From positions 62,001 to 126,000 of the forward strand of contig CDMY01000227.1 of NCBI GenBank assembly GCA_001179505.1: 64,000 nt of DNA, read 5' to 3'. The notes below the pieces were generated by a model. It worked only from the letters and a program-made list of their open reading frames with translations, ran no database searches and was not told the origin of the DNA. This DNA comes from Vitrella brassicaformis CCMP3155 (lineage: Eukaryota; Protista; Chromerida). The position numbers were made by a program, and so were the translations under genes. Below are positions 45,256 through 56,612 of the stretch, in pieces (positions within the stretch are counted from its first letter, which is position 1; each line of letters opens with the position of its first letter).

Positions 45256-46078
45256 TTATCCCTTTCCCTCCCCACCAACCGCACCTGCTGTTGCCTGCTG
45301 GGCGGCTGTGCTGGTCAGCAGGGGCGTCTTCTCGTCAGTGGTCGTGTAGGTGGGATGAAGAGAGGGGCTGCCGGCCTTATCGCCGGTGTGTGACTGCTGC
45401 TGCTGCTGCTGCTGCGGGGAGCCCGATGGCCGGCGGTCTTCATCGGACGATGAGGCGCCCTCTGCTCGTCCCCGGCTCTGCTGCTTGATGTAGTCGCGGT
45501 GCATGTGGATGAAGCGCGCACACACGAAGATGAAGTACAAGGAGGAGGCGATCTGCACGCCCAGCACGGCCATGAAGTACACCTTTATGCCGTAGGCCTT
45601 CTTGTGGCCGGGCAGGGGGGGCGGGGTGAAGAACAGCCAGATGTGGCACATGACGCCGGTCCATATGATGGTGTTGAAGGCGAGGCTGGCGATGAACACC
45701 ATGGCCGTGTGGATCCTCGACTTGATGTAGCGCGAGAAGGTGGCGGTGGCAGAGGCCAGGGACGAGAGGGCCGTGACGATGAACAGTATGCCGAGAGCCC
45801 ACATGTCGGTGGGCAGCACCTTGAGCGCCTCAAAGCCGCTGAAGGCCGCCGAGCCAAACTGATAAAACGCAACTGCACCGCACGCACAGCACAGAGAACC
45901 ACCAGCAGCTCAATCGAGATCTCATTGCATGTGTGATGCATACTTGCAAGTGCAGTGCAATGGACACGTACTCACCGGTGATGATGGCGGATCTGAGGCT
46001 CTGGCAGCAGCAGTAGCACGTCTGCATATCGAGGTACGTCGCCATGAGGAAGTAGTAGCACTGGTCGAACAAACTCAT
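45256..46078 (-). CDS. Small 4-TM membrane protein, LAPTM/tetraspan-like, with a C-terminal acidic dileucine motif
   Basis: Two exons give CYCCCQSLRSAIIT|VAFYQFGSAAF, four hydrophobic segments and a polar tail ending DEKTPLL...GKG. Confidence 0.65.
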
Positions 46079-46477
46079 ATCATATCAGAGGGCCGTGGGG
46101 GGACGGGACGGGCAGACTCCGAGGGCTTCTTTGGGGGTTGGTGGACGCGGGGATAGGAGTAAGGGGCTCGGGAAAGATGGACAGATGAGGCGCAGCGGGC
46201 AGGAACCCGATGCAAGGCCTTCAGGATGCCATCAGGCCATGATCTTAGTGGGGCTGGCCGAGAACCGCGGACAAATCACGTTCAGCCTCCAGCAACACAT
46301 GGAGCCACCATTGCTCAACTCTGTCTGGCTCTGCAACCTCACAGTGACGCTTCTTTGTCGGTTTTTTCTCGAGGGTCGATCCGTGGCCGGGTAGGGTACA
46401 GATGCGTTTCTTGCCGCTTGGAAGCGTCTGTCTGTTGCCGTCACCGCAGCTTTGCCTCCTTGAGCTTTGCTTTGGAG

Positions 46478-48261
46478 ATGGCTTTTGGCGGGAGTCTGCA
46501 CGTGGATCTGTCTGCTGAGTTGGAGGACAGAGTGTTCCCCACCTACAGCGCACCACTCGGTCCCATACCCCAGTCATCCTCATGGTAAGTCATCTCGGGA
46601 GCGATGGATGGATGGATGAATGGATGAATCCGACAGACACCGGGTGACCTCTGTTTGCGTGTCTGTGTTGATGTTGGCTGCTATGGTGTCGTGCAGGCAA
46701 GACGTGCTGCTCAAGTATGCGGCAATTGACTGCCAGAAGGGCCAGAGCATCCACCATGCGTCGCATTTTGTGTGTTGTGTCGTTGGCTGCCACCAGGGTG
46801 ATTGAGACGCCCGAGAAGTATGAGGACCACATATTCATGCAAAGTGAGCCCACAGCCGGGACGGGATGAACAATCAGCGGCTCTCTCTCTGTGTGCATGT
46901 GTTGTTCGATTTCAGCTCTCAAGTTCGTCGTCATGTAGTAAGCGCCGCGCCGCAAGGCAGGGGACACGGCACGAGCTGATGTGGTGTGGTTGGCAGCGAT
47001 GGCTACCCCAAGGCCAATAACCATCTGCTGATCGTGCCGCGACAGAAGATACTCACACCAAGTCAGTGAGCTAACGGACGCCCCATGGACACGTACGTAC
47101 GTGTCCATGCGTTGTGTTGGTGCACACTTTATGATCCATTCATTGTACCAGATGCGTTGAATGTTGGTCACTTGGACCTGCTCAAGGACGCCCGCAGGCT
47201 GGCGCAGTGGATTGTGCAGCGGTAGGTACGGTGAGGACGTTTTCACGCCACCTCACACCCACCCTTTCATGGGAATGTGTGTGTGTGTTGAGGTTGAGGG
47301 CCAAGTCGCCCCATCTGACCTTTGCCTGTGGCATGCACACCATTGCTAGCCTCCAGTAAGCCATACATACCAGGCCATTCACACACGCAGGCCGGGTCTC
47401 GTCATGGGGTGTGTTGTTATATTCTCAGTCAGGTGCACTTCCACGTCATCAGCCAAGACTTTGACTCGGTCACAGATACGCACAGCACAGCACAGACAGA
47501 CAGAGAGATGAAAGCGCGGCCCTGCCCTTGTCCGTCACTATGTGTGCCACACTTGGTGCAGGAGCGTGTCAAGCATGCCAAGCACTGGCTGTCGTTCAAC
47601 TCACCCTTCTTTGCCCCTCTCTCGCTCCTCATCGAGCAGCTGGAGGGACACGCCAATCGCAAGGGATGGGGCTCACTCGCACCACCACTAGAGGTAAGAG
47701 GTGAACACAGGCACGCAGCGCCACACAAGGACGCGCTCATTCTCTCTGGTGTGTGGGGGCCTTTGTGTCAGTTCCCGCCTGCCCGGTACGAGCCGTACTT
47801 GAAGGGCCCTCTCCGCTGCAACCGCACGGGATGCGGCCGGGACTTCGGACGTGAGTTCAAAAAATTCCAACAGCACTACCTCTCCTGCACGTAAGCCAGC
47901 TAGCTGAGATGGCGGGATGACCACACACACATACTCACACAGATGCGTTTATCTCTCTGTTTTGGTACGAGTGTGTGTCTACAGGCTTCCCCTGCCGCCC
48001 AACAGGGGTTTGGACGAGCCGTCTCGCGGCAAGTCAGCGGCGTCTTCGCCATCGGGTGAGCCTGCCCTGAAGAAGAAGAAGACGGGGGCCGAGGGCGAGG
48101 CGGCCAACGAGGGCGCCAAGAGTATCAGTACCGCTGCCGCGGCAGCAGCAGCTCCAGCTGCCCCTGCTGGTGGCGATGATGGGGGCGGAGGAGACAGTGC
48201 TGTTGCAGGAGGTGGTGGTGGGGAGGAGGCCAAGCCGGGCGAGAAGCAAGATGGGCCATAG
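46478..48261 (+). CDS. APTX: Aprataxin (HIT-family DNA 5'-deadenylase with a C-terminal zinc finger)
   Basis: DGYPKANNHLLIVP, GMHTIASL..VHFHVISQDFDS, KHAKHWLSFNSPFF and LKGPLRCNRTGC..FQQH. A basic NLS-like KKKK lies in the last exon. Confidence 0.88.
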
Positions 48262-48501
48262 TCTGTCAGAGGGGGTTGCGCCAGAGTGGGTGACTGACAA
48301 TACAATGAGTGTACAGTCAGTACCGTTAGACGAATGAATGCATTACTTTATCTGCTTCATGTGCCTCATGCATGGCGCCTGTGTCGCGTAGAACAAACAG
48401 GTAACACCGTTACTCTTATTTCTCGTCCATACAAATGAATAAATGGATACATACATACAGGCAGGCACATATGAAATACATGAGAGGTCCGATCTGTCAC
48501 G

Positions 48502-51500
48502 TCACGCAGCCTTACACACATCTGCATGTCGTGTCCGTGCACTATCACCACCACCAGACAGCAGTCTGTGAGCAGCAATGGCCAGGAGTGGGGCCAGGCC
48601 GTGCAGCAGCAGCATCGCCATGCCGTCATACAGATACTTGGGCGCAAACACAGACCACACCTGCACGCAACACACACACACACACACACAGACAGGGAGA
48701 GCGAGAGAGAGAGAGAGAGAGATCGCCACGTGCAAATCTGTCTACTTGGATGCGTGTGTGCCCTGGCTGACCATGAGGTGTCTTCTCAGTATGATGAGGG
48801 CCACCTCCGAGGCCACATACCGCAGCGACGCCGCCACCAACACGCTGAACGCACAACACACCACACACACACACACACTCCCTCAGTCTCCCTCAGTCTC
48901 CCTCACTCTCCTCTCACATCCGCAATGCTTACCTCGCCATCACTCTCACAAGGCGCACCAAGAGCACAGGCGGGGCGGCATTCCTGTCACCGCTGCCTCC
49001 CTTAGCCGTGGTTGTCACCACCACGGCCGCCGGCAGTGCGCAGAATGCCAGGATGAATGAGCAGTACGTGTGGAGGAAGACGAGCATGGGCGAGAGGTTG
49101 ATGTCGAACTTGAGCAGACCCACAAAGGCGGCCGAGACCGGCACCGCGTTGAACGTCATCCGGTGGCCCGTCGTGAAGAACATCGCGAAACCAACCAGCA
49201 CCACCATCGCACCCACGGACAACTCGGATAGCCCACCAAGCACCACTGTTGAAGACGCCCTGCGCTCCTTCTCTCTCTGTCCGCGGGAAGAGTGCACAGC
49301 CGTCAGCAGCAGTGGCAGCTGGATGAGGCATGACGCAGCCGGGGTCACCTGGGAGGCGCCGAGGAGCGTCATGGAAGGGAATACCTGGCTGCCCACCACC
49401 ACTAAGGCAAGTGCGTGCAGCTGGGACTCAAGGCTGCCGCTGTTGGTGGTCTGGATAAGGCGACCAGGGAAGGAGAGGCAGGCGAGCAGCTGAATGCCGC
49501 AAAGGGCATAGACGATGCGGGGCAGCACCACCACGAGAGCGTCGTGGATGGGGAGAGCCCATAGGGTGGCGCCCAGCCGCTGCTCACGAGCCTCGGATGT
49601 CTCGGTCGTGCGCTGGTAGAACTGACAGACAGACAGACAGAGTGACTCCCTGACTGACAAGCATCGATCGGTCTCACCCACTCTACTTACCTCCACATGC
49701 ATCTGCATGGCAGTTGCAGCGAACTGCAGGCCCCACGCCACTGCAATACACCGCCGCACCCAGCCCCTACGCACACATGAGTGCCAGAGCAGCGCCAGCA
49801 TCACTGCAAGAGGGACGAGCATGACGGCCGATGCTGCCGTGGGGTGGTCGATGACGACAGAGGGCTGCGGCCGGTCGCCCGGCATGGCCTCCAGCTGGTC
49901 GATCGACGGGCCCAGCCGAACCGCACACAGAACACCCACCATTCTGCCTACAACAAGGTGATGACAGCAGGGGCAATCGAGACACGATCGATGCATCGCT
50001 TGGCTTGCTGCCTCTTGTTTGGTACCCGAGTATGAGCCTCCGTGGCCGTGTGTGTTCTCCTGCTGCAGATGGTCTCCCGAGGGCCCTTCTCGCCACATGG
50101 CGGAGCACGGCGGCAGTGAGGTGCAGCAGCAGCAGCGACGAGAGCAGGAACCGCACACACGTGGCCTCCAGCATGGAGTAGCAGTCAGAGAACAGACACG
50201 CGCACAGACACACCACCACCAGCAGCTCGCCACCGCCAGTCACCTCCACACGGACGGGGAGCAATGACAGCACCCTCCCACCCTTCACAAAGGCGGACCA
50301 CATGTAGCTGCCGACCAGACCGGCGCCGAGGCAGCCACCCGTGCAGGTCGGTAACCCGATCAGGCGCAACGTCGCAGCAAGAGGCGCTGTGAGCACCAGA
50401 CCGAGGCAGGCGCGCCAGAGGACGGTCAGAGGTGAGGGCAGAGCCCCAGGCCACTCGGCGGGTGCAGTGGTCTCCATGCGGGCGAGGGATAGAGTGAACA
50501 TGACCTGCGCTGCGACTGCCATCAGGGACGTGGCGACACCGATCGTCAAGGCGACTGGGTCAAAGGTCGTCCACTGCGCTCGGGCAGCATCGAGCACCGC
50601 CGCCAGATACCCACGACATGCCGCAATGAACGCCCTCAGATCATCCGCCACGCCGCCATCGCTCTGCTCCCACTCGGCCCTTCTCAATCGACCGGCGTGG
50701 GAGTCAACTCTCTCCCAGAGTGCCGCCAGATGCTCGCCGTCGGCGAAGGACTTGCCGGAGGCCTCGTCGTATCTGCCGAGGTACCGCCTCACTTGCGCAG
50801 CATTGAGATAGAACGCCTCGGCGTGATAACGGAGCTCGCCCACAACACCAGCAGCACCAGCAGGGGCACCGTGGATGTGGCTGACGGACGGCAGCATGTC
50901 CGGCGTGATGCAGCCGAGGTTGCCAAAAGGGATGGGGACACCGAGCAGCAGGGCGAGAGTGGGCACGAAGTCCACCTGGGGGATGGCGTCGTGGTGGGTG
51001 CGTGTGGAGGGGTACGACGGGTGCATCGAGGTCTCTGAGAAGGGCCTCCTCGAGTAAACGAACAAGGCCGAGTCCACCTACACGCACCAACCAAGACATA
51101 CATATACGGTAGGGGCGATTGCATCGCTATATCCATCCCGTCTGTGTGTGTGTGTGTGTGTGGTGTGACCTCTTCCGGCAGGGCGCCTCCGTGAGCGCCA
51201 TCGTCGGTCTGTCCGTGGTCGCCGAGAAGCACCACCAGTGTGTCGTCATCTACTCGATCGACAGTGTCCGCGAGCACCCTGTCCATCTGAGTGAGCTTCT
51301 CGCGCATGGCCGGGTGGTTGACCTCATACTTGTGGCCCACATGATCCACACCCAGGAAATGGCCAACCAACACAGACCAGTCAGACCTTCAACCACACAG
51401 ACGGACAGACAGGCAGGCAGACAGGCACATCCATGCTTTAGCCGAGCAGCCTGCATTTATCAGCCCTTGTGACTTACTTGTTCATTTCGGCCCATATGTG

Positions 51501-52166
51501 TGCCATGACGCCGTCATCCACAGTGTGCAGGTCCTTGACGTCAAACGAGGGGTACGGAAACGCCCTCGACAGACCATTCTCAACCACTGGGAAGAGGTCC
51601 ACCCAGGTCTCGTCCCCCATGGCCACCACGCCCCTCCCCTGCCGCCGCACCTGCTCAACCAGGTTGTCCTCACTCAGTGCCGACGACTCAAAGGTGTCAC
51701 GCACTTCGAAAAAGGTCGGCAGTGAGCCCGTGGTGAGGGCCTTGAGCCGCTGAGTGGTTGCCGTCGGCGCGTCAGCAACGAAGCGATACAGACGAGAGTT
51801 GTGCGGCTGCTCCGTCATGAGCCGATGGATGGTCGGGAGGCCGTTGATGTGATAGGGGCCAGCATCTGTGACAGGCAGGTCGGGCTGATAGAGTGCAAAG
51901 TCCCACCGCAGTCCGTCCACAATGAGAATGACCACTCGCCGATACTGAGCTGGCAGCCACGATGCTGCACCTGTAGCATCAGATGGATGATGCTGATGCA
52001 GGTCGGGGAAGAGCGGCTCTGCTGGTGGCGTGTCTGCAGCGCTGCGGTCCTTGATCTCGTATCGCGTGAGGAAGAAGCCTTGCAAAAAGAAGAGGATGCC
52101 GACAGACAGCAGCCCTATCTGCCACACCAGATGAAATGCAAGGCTCCATCCGATATGAGCAGCCAT
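48502..52166 (-). CDS. PIGO: GPI ethanolamine phosphate transferase 3 (PIG-O/Gpi13)
   Basis: [127 protein letters not shown] and [11 protein letters not shown]. Confidence 0.95.
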
Positions 52167-52386
52167 GACCGCATCGCATCTGGAGATCCACTCCTTCACG
52201 GACTCTTCTTTTCCATCATTTCTCTCAAAAGCGGTTTTGCACACGTCTGCGAGCTTAGCTGTGCGAGCTCGGATTTCCCTGCCTGTTTTCGTAGCTTTTT
52301 CGTGCGTTCGTCGGCTCTCACACGCTCCTCCCAGTTGTCTTCGCCCTTTCCACTCCTCCATCTCCTTTCCCAACTTGAAAGACGGC

Positions 52387-53140
52387 ATGTCGTCCATTCC
52401 CGTGCTCGGCGCTGCAGGCGGCAAGGGAGGCAAAGGTACGCAGCACACACTGACAGCAGCCGGGCAGACACAGCGGCAAGCACAGAATCCCGGATCTTTG
52501 TGCCTGTGTCTTGTGCTGCAGTCGGCGGCAAGGGCGGCAAAGTTGGCGGCAAGGTCGGGGGGAAGGGCGCTAAAATCGGATCAGGTGACTCACCCACATC
52601 ACCACACACCAGCGGCAGGCACGTCGTTTCTGTCTGTCTGTGTGGATTGTGGCCTGCAGGCAAGTCCAAGAAGCAGCCTCTGTCTCGGTCAGCACGCGCC
52701 GGTCTGCAGTTCCCAGTGGGCCGTATCCACCGGCTGCTCAAGTCACGCGTGAGCTCATCCAGCCGTGTGGGCGCCACCGCCGCCGTCTACTCGGCCGCCA
52801 TTCTCGAGTACCTTACCGCTGAGGTGCTCGAACTCGCCGGCAATGCGTCCAAAGATCTCAAAGTCAGTGACACAGCACCCGCAACACCACGCGCAGCACA
52901 CCGTTGCCCTGATTGGTATCCTGTGTTGTGTGTGGGATGTGTGTGTAGGTGAAGCGTATCTCTCCGCGGCATCTGCAGCTGGCGATCAGGGGTGACGAGG
53001 AGCTGGACACTTTGATCAAGGCGACCATTGCGGGTGGCGGTGTGATTCCGCACATCCACAAGTCGCTCATGAAGAAGTCGGGCGGCGGGGCCGGCGGCCA
53101 AAAGGGCAAGGGCGGACAGAAGGGACAGCCGCAGGAATGA
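52387..53140 (+). CDS. H2AZ: Histone variant H2A.Z, 4 exons
   Basis: GGKVGGK-repeat N-tail, [52 protein letters not shown]|[40 protein letters not shown]. Introns start at about 52436, 52585 and 52863. Confidence 0.97.
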
Positions 53141-53149
53141 ACGAGTAGA

Positions 53150-54480
53150 AGCATCGGTCGATACACCCGTGTTCGTGGCTGTGCCTGGGTAAGTGGCTGT
53201 ATGGTTGTTTTCGTTCGGTGTCTGTGTGGTGTGTGGTTGGGTGTGTTTTGAGTGAATTGCATGGACGGACGTGGTGTGGGGTGGCGGATCCATCGCCGCA
53301 TTTGTAGCGTGAGCGCAGCCATGTGGCTGGCAAGCCCAGGTGTATCTCGGTGTGGTGGGTGTCTGTCTGCCTCCCTGCCTGCCTGCCTGACAAGAAAGCT
53401 TGGCTGTGTACACGCGTTTTTCTTTTCGCTACACGTGGGCATCTATCTGCCTATGCCTTTTATGGCTACACCTGCATGGATGAGCGCACCAGAGAGCTAA
53501 TTCTGGCACTTAGTGGTCGTCTTGAGTCAGTTGACGCTTCGAAGCCTTGCGAGCCATCGCTGCGCTGCGCTGCGTCCACTGCTTGGGCCTACCACTGTGA
53601 CGGATGCAGCTCGACCAAAAGGAACGACAGACGGGGTTCGTTGCTGCCTTGTTCTTCTGCGGCCGTTTTGTTGTCTCTTCGCGTGGTGGGCACCTGGCGT
53701 GTCTTGGTGACCGTCTGGAACGTCTAAAGAGTCACCATGACCCTGGTGGCGCTTTCTGCGTTCCGGTGGGCTGTGTGAGACACGCCAGCCACACACACGG
53801 AAAGAGATGGGCGCAGCCCACAAGTTCGCCATCACCGCATCACTACACCTGTGCGGTCATATGGATACGTCGATGGATTGGATAATCGGGCGGGTCAATA
53901 AGAATTGGAATTTCCTCGATCTTCTGCCTGCCTGAATCTCTCTCTCTCTCTCTCATCTGCGTGTTGTGCATGTTTTGAGGGACTGGCTGATCGGCAGTCT
54001 GCCGTCGGCATGCAAAGACACACACCACGTGCGCTGCAAAACCGTGCGCGCGTAGCCCGTTGGCTTCTCTGTGCGCGGCCGGTAGGGGAGAGGGGAGCGT
54101 GTTGAATGGTCTTTCTCAGTGAAGGACTCATTGATTGCATAATGTGACGGGTGTGTGCAGAGGTCCCCTGCACGTGTGCTGCCTAATTCCCTGCATGTGA
54201 TGTGAGACGTGAATGACTGACTGACGAGTATGCATGGATGACATGAATGCACCGCACCGTTTGGTCAACCACGTCTGGCTTCTCGTCTTTGCTTTCCATT
54301 CGACACAGTATCCACACGAGTGCGGCCTCACTGAGTCGGTCGAGCGTAGGTGTGTGCTGCAGCACAGGAGCCAACCGCTGCAATGCACGTCCACACTCAA
54401 CACCACCAGTGAGAACGTGCACTCGCACATCCATCACACGGTTCAGCCCAAGTGAACCACACGTGACACACACACCAAAT
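53150..54480. repeat. Convergent 3' intergenic region with simple repeats (GT, GCCT, CT, GACT)
   Basis: Visible microsatellites and no protein-like ORF. Confidence 0.6.
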
Positions 54481-54516
54481 GTCTGAGAGCAGTGTCCCAG
54501 CAGCTGTAGCTGTCGG

Positions 54517-56284
54517 TCAGTTGTCATCATCGAGCTCTCCCTCGTCTCCCTGATCCTCCTCCGGTAGACTTGGTGTGTCCCTCGCTTCCTTCCATTTCTC
54601 CCACCAGCTGCCCCGCTCACACTGGATCTTCATGTGCAGCTGCACACATCACACCACACCAGCACACAAAGGAGGAGGAATCGACGTTTTCGTCCGTTGT
54701 GCGGCTGCTCACCATCTGCAGCCACTCGTCGAAGACGTCTTCTTGCAGGCGGCCGGCAGCGCGGCTGCTGCAGGCAGCGACCTCAGGCAAGATGGCCCGC
54801 CTCACGTACGCTTCTGCCATGTCGTCATAGGCATCCAGACGCAGCGGCAAACCCGACGGCCTAACAGAAACAACACACATTCCCCGTGAACACGTCTGTC
54901 CGTTCATGTGTTTGTCGGCTGGATAACTCACTTTCTGTCATAGAAGCCGAATTGACATCGGTCAAGGAAGAGTCCACACGCCGGCACCAGGAGTATGTGG
55001 CCCCTCACGGCCGCGTCAGGCACGAACATCCGCTCCAGCAGTGAATCGATATCCACACACTGACCGTCCTCCAGCTGCACCAGTCGGCATCGGTCTCCGG
55101 CTTTTCGGCGGAGGAATGCCTCACACGCGAAGCCGACCATGCGACGGATCTGGTTGTACAGGAAGCCTGACCCTTTCACCTGACCGAACAAACAAGACTC
55201 AATCAGCACAGCACCTGTATGGGTGTGATGTCGTGCGGTGTGTGATCGATCTTGCCTCAATGCGGAGGAACTGCTCGCCGTCGATGGTGACGGGCTCGTC
55301 CAAGGCCTCACAGCGGTCCATTGATCGCATGGCCTGCGGACTGCCGGCAGCCACACCTTTGGCGAAATTGCTGTAGTCGTGCCGGCCGATGAACCTCGCG
55401 AGCAGACCGTTGAGGGAGGAAATGTCCTCTCGGGTGACCCTACAGAAAACACCTATTGTTTGTCAGTTTGTTTGTCGCCAGTCAGTCAGCACTCACCAGA
55501 AGCTCTTTCTTTCGCCCTGGATGGCCGCCAGGTGTGGCTGCACATCAGACAGTGCGAAGTCATCCCGGATGGGCACCAGGGGAGCCAGACAAGAGGCGGG
55601 GAGCATGTACACGTACTGCCGCGAGCTGCAGAGGAAGCGAGGGCTGAACGAAGGCACCACCCTTTGGATGCCCAAGACCTCGATAGCGTCGCCGCGCCGC
55701 CTGAGCTCCTCGTTGAGCAGACTGCGGTACTCCTCGAAGCCCAATGTCCTGTCGGGCTGGACCTGGGCAGCCAACACCCAGCGGGCAGCATGGACGCCCT
55801 TGTCAGTCCGCGCACTCCTTGATAGGTCCAACTGCATGTCAGACAGGCAGCAAGAAAGCCTACAATGGATTCCCGTTGCTGCTTTGGTCACTCAGTTACC
55901 TTCCAGTCGCTGGCGGCCCTCTTGGGGTCGACAATCAGCCTGACGTTCTCTGACGCCATGGCGTCGATGAGGGATCTCTCGATGGTTGGTTCAGCCGTGG
56001 CAGATCTGACATCGGAAGGGCACCCACTCTATATATGCACAGACACACAAGCTTTCTCACCGTTGGCAGCCATAGTAGGGTGTGCCGAGGTAGCCGACGA
56101 CAAACAATAGCTTCCGGCTCTTCCGTGGCTTGAACGGAGGCGGTGTGGTGGGAGCAGGTACTGAGTCAACACCCTCCATGTTGCGCCGAGTCTGGTGCAC
56201 GCTGCTCGGCAGAGATGGGATGAAAGAGGGCCGACACTCTCCTGCAGCTACACTGATGATCAGGCCGATGGCCACAAGGAGCAT
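54517..56284 (-). CDS. tRNA pseudouridine synthase, TruA/Pus1 family, with an N-terminal signal plus transit-like leader
   Basis: KLLFVVGYLGTPYYGCQ, catalytic RSARTDKGVHAA, SSRQYVYMLP, FIGRHDYSNF, VKGSGFLYNQIRRMVG and LLVPACGLFLD. The leader is MLLVAIGLIISVAAGECRPSFIPSLPSS. Stop at about 54517. Confidence 0.92.
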
Positions 56285-56612
56285 TCTCTTCGCCTGGCCT
56301 CGCGCAGATCTCCAAGAGCGATCGCCTCATGCGAGCTAAACAAAAGGTGAGATTTAATCCATCCGTTTGGGACTGCCACATGCAGATTTGACCAATGTTG
56401 ATCAGGGTAGACCGATGAAGGTGTCATTTGCAGAGCGATGGTGCGATAGGATGTCATTGCATGCATGGATGCCATAGAGGGTGAGGGTACCATGCAGCTG
56501 GAAAACGAAAAGGCGAGGGCGATATCATCCATCAGACATGCATCAGACATGCAGACACGCACACGTGGGTACAAAGATGAGTGGGTATGATCTCAGACAA
56601 AGGATGGTCGGT

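Noticed and set aside
51801-52952. 383-aa plus-strand ORF overlapping PIG-O and H2A.Z
   Set aside because: It is an antisense shadow of PIG-O read through the promoter into H2A.Z exons and introns. High GC makes stop-free shadows common.
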